A DNA stretch of 64,000 nt, from assembly GCA_964057225.1 (NCBI GenBank), contig OZ059899.1, positions 4,278,001-4,342,000 on the forward strand, given 5' to 3'. The notes below the pieces were generated by a model. It was not told the origin of the DNA. It saw nothing but the letters and a program-made list of their open reading frames with translations, and made no database searches. The stretch's first letter is position 1; each line of letters opens with the position of its first letter. Source of the DNA: Auanema rhodensis (taxonomy: Eukaryota; Animalia; Nematoda). Positions 15,201 to 24,666 of this stretch are shown piece by piece. Made by a program: the position numbers and the translations under genes.

Positions 15201-17990
15201 TTCTTTCAATCATTTTGTAAATCTCCTGAAAAAAAAAATATAAAACTAAAGAACTTGAAGAATAAAACCAAAACTACTGTTGGAGATATGGGGAATCGAA
15301 CCCCAGACTTCTCGCATGCAAAGCGAGCGCTCTACCCCTGAGCTATATCCCCACATTTGACAGAATATATGACTGTGAGTTTGTTCAAACTTGAAGAACC
15401 TCTTGATCAGAAATTTTAGTTGTGATTATTAATCTCCTAATCTAATTTTTCTTTCAATCATTTTGTAAATCTCCTGAAAAAAAATATAGAAAAGTTAAGA
15501 ACTCGAAGAATAAAACCAAAATTACTGTTGGAGATATGGGGAATCGAACTCCAGACTTCTCGCATGCAAAGCGAGCGCTCTACCCCTGAGCTATATCCCC
15601 ACATTCGACAAAGTCAATGACTGTGAGTTTGTTCAAACTTGAAGAACCTCTTGATCAGAAATTTTAGTTGTGATTATTAATCTCCTAATCTAATTTTTCT
15701 TTCAATCATTTTGTAAATCTCCTGAAAAAAAATATAGAAAAGTTAAGAACTCGAAGAATAAAACCAAAATTACTGCTGGAGATATGGGGAATCGAACTCC
15801 AGACTTCTCGCATGCAAAGCGAGCGCTCTACCCCTGAGCTATATCCCCACATTCGACAAAGTCAATGACTGTGAGTTTGTTCAAACTTGAAGAACCTCTT
15901 GATCAGAATTTTTAGTTGTGAATATTAATCTCCTAATCTAATTTTTCTTTCAATCATTTTGTAAATCTCCTGAAAAAAAATATAGAAAAGTTAAGAACTC
16001 GAAGAATAAAACCAAAATTACTGTTGGAGATATGGGGAATCGAACCCCAGACTTCTCGCATGCAAAGCGAGCGCTCTACCCCTGAGCTATATCCCCACAT
16101 TCGACAGAATATATGACTGTGAGTTTGTTCAAACTTGAAGAACCTCTTGATCAAAAATTTTAGTTGTGAATATTAATCTCCTAATCTAATTTTTGTTTCA
16201 ATCATTTTGTAAATCTCCTGAAAAAAATATAGAAAAGTAAAGAACTTGAAGAATAAAACCAAAACTACTGTTGGAGATATGGGGAATCGAACCCCAGACT
16301 TCTCGCATGCAAAGCGAGCGCTCTACCCCTGAGCTATATCCGCACATTCGACAGAGTTAATGACTGTGAGTTTGTTCAAACTTGAAGAACCTCTTGATCA
16401 GAAATTTTAGTTGTGAATATTAATCTCCTAATCTAATTTTTCTTTCAATCATTTTGTAAATCTCCTGAAAAAAAATATAGAAAAGTAAAGAACTCGAAGA
16501 ATAAAACCAAAATTACTGTTGGAGATATGGGGAATCGAACTCCAGACTTCTCGCATGCAAAGCGAGCGCTCTACCCCTGAGCTATATCCCCACATTCGAC
16601 AAAGTCAATGACTGTGAGTTTGTTCAAACTTGAAGAACCTCTTGATCAGAAATTTTAGTTGTGAATATTAATTTCCTAATCTTATTTTTCTTTCAATCAT
16701 TTTGTAAATCTCCTGAAAAAAAAAATATAAAACTAAAGAACTTGAAGAATAAAACCAAAACTACTGTTGGAGATATGGGGAATCGAACCCCAGACTTCTC
16801 GCATGCAAAGCGAGCGCTCTACCCCTGAGCTATATCCCCACATTCGACAAAGTCAATGACTGTGAGTTTGTTCAAACTTGAAGAACCTCTTGATCAGAAT
16901 TTTTAGTTGTGAATATTAATCTCCTAATCTAATTTTTCTTTCAATCATTTTGTAAATCTCCTGAAAAAAAATATAGAAAAGTTAAGAACTCGAAGAATAA
17001 AACCAAAATTACTGTTGGAGATATGGGGAATCGAACTCCAGACTTCTCGCATGCAAAGCGAGCGCTCTACCCCTGAGCTATATCCCCACATTCGACAAAG
17101 TCAATGACTGTGAGTTTGTTCAAACTTGAAGAACCTCTTGATCAGAAATTTTAGTTGTGAATATTAATTTCCTAATCTAATTTTTCTTTCAATCATTTTG
17201 TAAATCTCCTGAAAAAAAATATAGAAAAGTTAAGAACTCGAAGAATAAAACCAAAATTACTGTTGGAGATATGGGGAATCGAACCCCAGACTTCTCGCAT
17301 GCAAAGCGAGCGCTCTACCCCTGAGCTATATCCCCACATTCGACAGAATATATGACTGTGAGTTTGTTCAAACTTGAAGAACCTCTTGATCAGAAATTTT
17401 AGTTGTGATTATTAATCTCCTAATCTAATTTTTCTTTCAATCATTTTGTAAATCTCCTGAAAAAAAATATAGAAAAGTTAAGAACTCGAAGAATAAAACC
17501 AAAATTACTGTTGGAGATATGGGGAATCGAACTCCAGACTTCTCGCATGCAAAGCGAGCGCTCTACCCCTGAGCTATATCCCCACATTCGACAAAGTCAA
17601 TGACTGTGAGTTTGTTCAAACTTGAAGAACCTCTTGATCAGAAATTTTAGTTGTGATTATTAATCTCCTAATCTAATTTTTCTTTCAATCATTTTGTAAA
17701 TCTCCTGAAAAAAAATATAGAAAAGTTAAGAACTCGAAGAATAAAACCAAAATTACTGCTGGAGATATGGGGAATCGAACTCCAGACTTCTCGCATGCAA
17801 AGCGAGCGCTCTACCCCTGAGCTATATCCCCACATTCGACAAAGTCAATGACTGTGAGTTTGTTCAAACTTGAAGAACCTCTTGATCAGAATTTTTAGTT
17901 GTGAATATTAATCTCCTAATCTAATTTTTCTTTCAATCATTTTGTAAATCTCCTGAAAAAAAATATAGAAAAGTTAAGAACTCGAAGAAT

Positions 17991-18000
17991 AAAACCAAAA
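17991..18000 (-). terminator. RNA Pol III terminator (TTTT-GG-TTTT) 8 nt downstream of the tRNA; representative, present in most units
   Basis: The plus strand reads aaaaccaaaa, i.e. TTTTGGTTTT on the tRNA strand, right after the trailer ACAGTAG. Confidence 0.7.
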
Positions 18001-18007
18001 CTACTGT

Positions 18008-18079
18008 TGGAGATATGGGGAATCGAACCCCAGACTTCTCGCATGCAAAGCGAGCGCTCTACCCCTGAGCTATATCCCC
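18008..18079 (-). tRNA. tRNA-Ala(TGC), copy immediately left of the retroelement (insertion ~80 bp upstream of it)
   Basis: Identical to the consensus 72-nt tRNA-Ala sequence. Confidence 0.95.
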
Positions 18080-18157
18080 ACATTCGACAAAGTCAATGAC
18101 TGTGAGTTTGTTCAAACTTGAAGAACCTCTTGATCAGAAATTTTAGTTGTGAATATT

Positions 18158-18161
18158 TATT
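18158..18161 (+). other. Target-site duplication TATT, left copy
   Basis: The junctions read gaatatt-TATT|cgttcc... and ...ggaacg|TATT-tcct. Removing the element and one TATT restores gaatatttatttcct, a spacer allele present elsewhere in the array (e.g. ~38065). Confidence 0.9.
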
Positions 18162-18498
18162 CGTTCCATTCGGAAATCAATACGTAGCAGGCGGGTTAGA
18201 ATCAGACGACATGAGGCTGAGAGAGGACGACACGCCCTTCATATGGAACACAGACTTCAGCTTTGCCTTATGGAATGACTATGGATGGTTGGTCTTCCTT
18301 TCTTAGCTCTCTTTCACTTTATATCTTTATGTAGACTTATATAACTTATTGTAATCATGTAGACATAATAAACCTTTCTTTCTCGAGTCTTATGTTTATC
18401 CATTATGCTCTTTAACTACCGCTACATCTGGAATACTATCACACTCATCTTGTAGGCTTTATTGGTCTATAGGATCGACGTGAGAGCATAACGGAACG
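18162..18498 (+). repeat. 5' LTR (337 bp)
   Basis: Direct repeat of 29270-29606, with no differences seen by eye. Terminal inverted repeat CGTTCC...GGAACG. Contains TATATAA (18338-18344) and AATAAA (18367-18372). Confidence 0.97.
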
Positions 18499-18511
18499 TG
18501 GAGGTTCCACC
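18499..18511 (+). promoter_or_regulatory. Primer-binding site complementary to the 3' end of tRNA-Gln
   Basis: TGGAGGTTCCACC directly abuts the 5' LTR. Its reverse complement, GGTGGAACCT-CCA, is the conserved 3' end of metazoan tRNA-Gln plus CCA (13-nt match). Confidence 0.85.
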
Positions 18512-19907
18512 TCGAACATTTTTATCTTGATTTCTTGACTATTTTCTCTTATATTTCGTTATTTTTACTACATTTCATTGAATCTGAATTCTCTTATATC
18601 TCTACACCATCTACTCCATGTCTTAACACAATACGGTGGGGCCAACAACGTTTAAAAGGGAACAGATGCAAGGACCACTCCTTTTGGAGATGGATTTTAT
18701 ATTTTTTGAAACTGAAGTTATATTTTCCCGTTTGTTCACAATTTTCTGTCTGTCTGAACCCAACAATTTTTATATCCTTGCTGTTAACATCAAATACTCT
18801 GTTACCCGAACTCGAAGCATTTTTGAGGACCCTAGGATGAATTAGTGAACAAATTCACCCAAGGATAATTTTTATTGAGATTTATGCCCACACTTTCTCC
18901 TTTTAAGGATTGATTTTGGCTTCGAGGAAAGAATAGCCACGGTTATTTCTTTATTTTTTGTGGATGAAACAATTTTGCGCACCAAATTGAGATTATTACA
19001 TATTTTGCGATCAGGACTATTTTATTTTGCGTTACATTTCTGTTCAGACAACTTTTTGCCATTAACATCCAAAAATATTTTGATAACGCATTGAATTTAC
19101 ACGGGAAACCTCACCTAAATGGGAGGAATATTATGAAAAGTGAATTTTAAGATCGCTAGTCCGAAAAATTCTGTACAATTTTACGAACTGAATTATTATT
19201 AGTGATTGTCTATCAGGTCGTGTTGGCTTAAGCATATCAGTTTGGATTTTCTCCCCTTACTATATGTCACCTTCCTCATACCGTTATTGTTGTTTTGAAG
19301 CATAAGACTCATTCCTAAACACCATAATTCTTTAAATATAGTTATTGTAATCTTTAGTCATCTATTCCTAGCCATAATTTTAAAACTAGATTTCTGATCA
19401 TGATGGGACTACGGTACTCATTCGTTTTCCAAATTGCTTCCTTAAAGAGTAATGCTATTACGAATGTACATTATGAAAACCGCTAAAATCCTTTGAACAT
19501 TTAACAAAGTCCATTTTCGTGGCATTTTCGATCACTCGTGAGTCCAAGAAGATCAGAATCGTCAGAAAAAAGAAAAAAAAAGTGGGAATAAGGACTAATG
19601 AGATTGCTCAGGCATCAATCAAGTGAGCACTGAACATTTTTGAACATATACAAACTGGTTGAATTATATACATTTAAGAATATTAAATTGGAAAGCGAAC
19701 AAAGTCCAAATTTTCATACGGTAGTAGGCGGATCTCTGTTGATGGCCACAACTTAGATTCATTCCTTAACGCCGACTATACAAACCAGTTACTCACAGCT
19801 TTCTCACCCCTTTTCCACAACTCCTTATCCATAACACTCATTAACGTCTCAAAATCCCCCACGTTACTAAACACTCAAGGTTTTTCCAAACCAAGAGCGC
19901 TACCAAA

Positions 19908-22900
19908 GTGGATAAGCGATTTCGATCAGCTGTACCTCTCAGTACACGAACTGATTTTGATCTGCGAGACTCAGCTCCACTCACCAGAAGCCGAGCTCGC
20001 GCACAAAGCATCGCTATAATCGAAGACGAGCAGAAAGCCGAGCACAAAACCGACAAATTCTTTACTCCTCGTGCAGGCACTTATTCACCTACTGAACGAT
20101 TAAGCGACGAGGATTACGTACCACCAGGAGGAGAAGAAACATCCGTCATAGTGGAAGAACAAACACCAGTTACTGCTAAAAAGGTACGCTCCTCTAATTC
20201 AAATAAAAATAAGAAAAATAAAAATAAAAACTCAAGCAAATCGGACGCATCTCTCTCTCTGTCCATCCCTGAACCAACAGTTTCACCTTCAGTAGCCACT
20301 ACTAGTGCAGGCGGTTTACAAACTTTTAAAAACATAGTTTCTGATCTCTTCAATCGTTCACCAAAAGATCGAAACTTGAACACCAGCCACACGAATAGAT
20401 ACTCGTCGGTTCCAAACATTAATTTATCTCCCATACAACCACCCGAACATACACATCTTGCTATTACTGATAACCAAACTTCAACCCCAATTTTACCAAA
20501 TACAACAACAGGAAGTTCAAAAGCACCAAACCAACCCAGCCGCTCAGTACACACAACCCCTGTGTCTGAGAACTCATTAACAACAGGCAGAGTGATAAAA
20601 ATGCCATCTGCCCGTACAAGTAATATGGCAACTGAACCTTCTTTACCTGGGGCAGGGAAAACTACCATAGCGCAAGCCTTGTTATCACCCTACTGCCCAA
20701 CTTATGATGGCAGTCGCAACTTTCGAGATTTCACGGCTAAATTCAACCTATTTGCCAACGCTGTAGGTCTGGTAATCCCGGAGAGATTAGCCCTTCTACC
20801 TTTGCTTCTTAAAAACGAAGCAGCGGAAGAAGCGTACAGGCAAGTACCTGAACAATTAAAAACCACCGGTTCATGGAATGACCTGTTAAGAGCTTTAACA
20901 TCTAAGCTTTGTCCTGAATATAATCAGGACCCCGCGCTGATCAATCTCCAAAATACAACCCAAGGGGATCTGACAATTGACGCTTACGCTCAATCACTGA
21001 GAACGATTGCACTAAGCGCTTTTGCCACGGATGACCCTCACAAAGATCACATATTAAGATCAACTTTCCTCAGAGGACTGAAAAATACTCTGAAACCAGC
21101 TGTGATTCGAGCGAAGCCAAAATCCTTCACGGATGCGATTGAGGCCGCTCGCTGGGAAGAATCGATAATGAACCAGACAACAGACACGCAGTCCATGCTA
21201 GTCAATGCTGTAAACAAAGCACTAGCTCCTTTCGCGCGCACAAACGAGAGACGAGATAACCGAAATTTCGACCGTAATTATCCACGTGATAACCAAAACA
21301 ATAAAAATTATCAGAAAAATAAAAACTTTTCAAAATATAATAACAACCAAAATCGTAACGGCTCTTTTGCTAATTATCGCCGTAACAATAATTATGAACG
21401 AAATTCGGGACGATTTAATAACAACTGGCATTCAAACAATTTTAATCCTTCAAACAATAATAGAAGAGGAAGGACTAATGAACATAACGGACAAAGAAGA
21501 GTCCATTTTAACAATCAAAGAGATCAATCAAGAGGACGAGATAGAAGCACACCACGAATTAACTCTGTGACCCTTTCACCGTTATCACTAACGGTTGTAA
21601 TGGCCATCACAGTAGCAATTTTCCTGCCATGTGTAACTTCATATCAAATTTGCACAAAAGCAACTGGAGGAGCCTTATTAGTTCCACCAGTAGTAAAGAA
21701 ATGTAAATTAACAGAAACAAATCATGTGTTACGTACACAAATCCATTTATACACGCGAAACCACACGGCTCACGAGTGGGACGCGTGGCGCTGCTCGAAG
21801 GAAGTACACAAGCTGTGTGTACGCGATTTGTTATTCCTCCGCGACACAAACAGAACAATCGATAGGGTGCAGCCTATAGCGGCGCACGAGTGCAGGCAGG
21901 CGATTCGCGATCGCAAATGGAATAACATGGAGCTGGAGAGAATCGATAGTATAGCACAAGCAACCCCAGAGCCCTCCTATGATCCGGCGCGCGCGTTTAG
22001 CCGCGACGAGTGCGAGAAGCGGCCGCGTTTAGTACTAGAGCGCGGAGTCATGACCCGCATGCCCGATGATACAATATTATCCAATTTAATACTAAACACT
22101 GAAGGTTGTAGTGCTCATCATGGTAATTGCAAATCAAATACATCAATAATTATATGGGATCCCCAAACATCGGATTCCCGTTGTAATTATATCGATATGC
22201 ATTACTACGATGCTATAATAAGCAAAGAAACTATTTTGATTCCAAGTACACAATCAGCGCTTATCCTTTCGAGTAAAATAACACCAAAACCAATTGCATC
22301 CTGCTTTAGACAACCAGCATTCCACACAACAGCAGGAAATTATATAACATTCCCCAAATATCCTAATGATAACAATATCACACTCCTAATTGAACGAGAA
22401 TTTAAGAAATTGCCGTTCAAAAGACCTAAACGCGCAACTTCTACAAAATGCTCATTCCCATTCGATCAGGATAGAATAAATGAAGTTGAAGATTTTGAAA
22501 CGTACACGCTTCGAATTTGCCCATATCCATTTTTAAGACCACTTATGAGTAATCCAGGAATTACACAAATTATCCCTCTAATTAAAGGAAGACGTATGGT
22601 AGACCCTACATATTCCTTGAAAGAATGGATAATAGCCCATCGTGAAAATTTTGAATTTTTCTTTAAAATTCAAATTTATGAGAAATCTTTAAGACATTTT
22701 CTCAAGCAATATGATTTCCGTGATAAAGACGAAGCCATTTTACAATATGTTGCTCAAAGAGAATTAGCTTTAGCTACTAAAGCTGGAATATCTTATTTAA
22801 CATCCAGGCAACTTCTTCAACAAATATCAGATCGTTTGACCGTTATTGAATTTGATCGGTTAATTCGTACAAAAGAAGGCACTTATCGAGAGCGTGCTGA

Positions 22901-22946
22901 AACTATTGCTCTTGATTTAGCCAATACACCAGTTATAATTGATTAA
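19908..22946 (+). CDS. gag: Polyprotein part 1: Gag (capsid plus N/R-rich NC), internal signal peptide, N-terminal half of class III-like envelope glycoprotein; start codon uncertain
   Basis: Capsid motifs at ~20690-21160 (PTYDGS...W.DL..AL...F/L, QG.LTI.AY, FLRGL...A..AR.EE). Asn/Arg-rich segment at ~21240-21555 with no CCHC knuckle. Hydrophobic LSLTVVMAITVAIFLPCVTS at ~21582-21641. Then a Cys-rich ectodomain with NxS/T sequons and furin-like RPKR (22422-22433). The frame is open from 19845, the track start is GTG, and the first ATG is at 20601. Confidence 0.85.
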   Translation: MDKRFRSAVPLSTRTDFDLRDSAPLTRSRARAQSIAIIEDEQKAEHKTDKFFTPRAGTYSPTERLSDEDYVPPGGEETSVIVEEQTPVTAKKVRSSNSNKNKKNKNKNSSKSDASLSLSIPEPTVSPSVATTSAGGLQTFKNIVSDLFNRSPKDRNLNTSHTNRYSSVPNINLSPIQPPEHTHLAITDNQTSTPILPNTTTGSSKAPNQPSRSVHTTPVSENSLTTGRVIKMPSARTSNMATEPSLPGAGKTTIAQALLSPYCPTYDGSRNFRDFTAKFNLFANAVGLVIPERLALLPLLLKNEAAEEAYRQVPEQLKTTGSWNDLLRALTSKLCPEYNQDPALINLQNTTQGDLTIDAYAQSLRTIALSAFATDDPHKDHILRSTFLRGLKNTLKPAVIRAKPKSFTDAIEAARWEESIMNQTTDTQSMLVNAVNKALAPFARTNERRDNRNFDRNYPRDNQNNKNYQKNKNFSKYNNNQNRNGSFANYRRNNNYERNSGRFNNNWHSNNFNPSNNNRRGRTNEHNGQRRVHFNNQRDQSRGRDRSTPRINSVTLSPLSLTVVMAITVAIFLPCVTSYQICTKATGGALLVPPVVKKCKLTETNHVLRTQIHLYTRNHTAHEWDAWRCSKEVHKLCVRDLLFLRDTNRTIDRVQPIAAHECRQAIRDRKWNNMELERIDSIAQATPEPSYDPARAFSRDECEKRPRLVLERGVMTRMPDDTILSNLILNTEGCSAHHGNCKSNTSIIIWDPQTSDSRCNYIDMHYYDAIISKETILIPSTQSALILSSKITPKPIASCFRQPAFHTTAGNYITFPKYPNDNNITLLIEREFKKLPFKRPKRATSTKCSFPFDQDRINEVEDFETYTLRICPYPFLRPLMSNPGITQIIPLIKGRRMVDPTYSLKEWIIAHRENFEFFFKIQIYEKSLRHFLKQYDFRDKDEAILQYVAQRELALATKAGISYLTSRQLLQQISDRLTVIEFDRLIRTKEGTYRERAETIALDLANTPVIID

Positions 22947-24666
22947 CAGTTCCATCAAGACAAGAAATATTAAAAGCATTCGTAAAAATGCCACCAATAA
23001 GGAAACAATTATTAACTGATCAAGAAGAAAGAAACAGCAAATTTATAAAAGATACAATTGACCTTGTACATGAGCTAAAAACTCTCGTTACGCTTAGAAG
23101 AAATAAAACAGCAGCTGATATTGATGATATAAAATTTATAAACCTTCCATCTTCACGAATGTTTGTACTTGATACTGATAAATTGTTCTATGACATCAAG
23201 AATAATTTTGGAATACCAATTGGACCACATCCCAAGCTCATAGAGCCCAACAACATCTCTAAGGACTTATTATTGGAAATATTTTTACCACTACTAAACG
23301 ATAATATTTTGCCTAATACATCTAGTAGAATATCATCAGAACAGTTAAAAAGATTAATGACAGAGAAAATCCAACTTAAATCGTTGCAAACCACGACGCG
23401 TGCGCCAAGCAACGCGGCAGGCGGCGCGGCCGAGATGGCAGCCCTCCCTATAATCGATCGTGAGGCGCTGATCACAACAGATCCCGCAATACTGCCGCAA
23501 ACATCTACAAGCCCTCGGGCAGCCGCAGCAACTACCGCGCGCGCGCCTTCATCGATGGCCCAGCCCGAAACAACGGCGCGCCATACAACCGCAACGACAA
23601 CCGCGCGCGCAACAATATCGACCCGCGCGCCGCCAACTACTATTCTCTACGCTGTTCATCAAGATCAACAAATTCCAATAATGGAAGAAACAACATATAC
23701 ACCAATATCTTTGATTCGCAAACATAGAGCATCATCAACGCCTACAGCCACCGATATAGAGTCTGTACAGGCTAATGCTCAATACATTGCCACAAAAATT
23801 GACTCCGAACAACAGTTTCGCCAAAACATAACAAGCAGAATTGCACAAGATCATTTGCAATATGCTACAACTATGATTCAAGAAGAACTGCAGAAACATT
23901 TTAAAGAGTCATACGAATCAATATGTGAGATCCAAAATAGGTATCTTGAATTATGGAGATCAATTTTACAAATTGAACCAACAATAGCTATGCGTACAAT
24001 ACTGGGAAGAGAAGATATAGCCGCAAGATTTGTAGGCAGCGAGATATTACATATACATGTTTGCCCGGTAGTATTACAAAAGACTATATATCACAATCAC
24101 ACCGTGAATGGCACATGTTATCTCGAAACCCCAGTATTAACACAAGAAGGACAATTACTGTTTGCCGCACCAGGATCGAAAGACCTATTACCTCATGGTA
24201 AAGAAATTAACTGTGATCACGTACCAACAGACGTATGGTCAATAGACGGTGAATGGAAAGGAATTAATGGTACTGTAGACGTCAGTCTCATATCCATGTG
24301 GGACGGACTTCATCATGAAAAGATCACACCATTAAAATTCACCGGAGCACACTTATACACCAACTTATCATCTCGAGTGTACTCAATGACAACAGCCATT
24401 GCTTATGGTGCTAGTTTAGCATCGATTCGTCAAAATCACGTGCTTCACACAATTCATCATGATCCAAAAATATCATCAGCATTCAGCATATTGAAGAAAA
24501 GTAGTGATTACATCTCCAAAGCCAATGAATTCACCAAAAGTACATGGAATTCATTTGTCGATACAATAGCAGGAACGATTGAACGAACACTCATCACTAT
24601 CGGAGCAATTACAATTATTGTAGTTATACTGATCGTACTAGCCTTCGTTGCGAAAATATATTTCTT
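21642..24666 (+). other. env: Envelope glycoprotein region (herpes gB-like class III fusogen), spanning the ORF1/ORF2 break
   Basis: Signal peptide followed by YQIC... The segment LQYA..IQ...CEIQNRYLELWRSILQIEP.IAMRTILGREDIAARFVG.EIL.I.VC..V...CY..TPV (23855-~24215) aligns by eye to gB domains III/IV (HSV-1, recalled: LQFTY..IQ...[45 protein letters not shown]...CYSRPLV). TM helix LITIGAITIIVVILIVLAFVAKIYFF at ~24590-24666. Confidence 0.8.

Larger units (their letters stand above)
1..18161 (-). repeat. Tandem array of ~248-bp units, each containing tRNA-Ala(TGC); left arm, about 73 units, continues beyond the window start
   Basis: The unit recurs every 247-249 bp (e.g. ORF-track hits at 616 and 864, 1607 and 1855). 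It consists of a 72-nt tRNA plus ~176 bp of AT-rich spacer. Copy number is estimated from length/248. Confidence 0.98.

Noticed and set aside
18118-18845. Small ORFs at the array/LTR junction and in the leader (62, 101 and 69 aa)
   Set aside because: They have non-ATG starts, one is a chimera of array and LTR sequence, and none has recognisable motifs.
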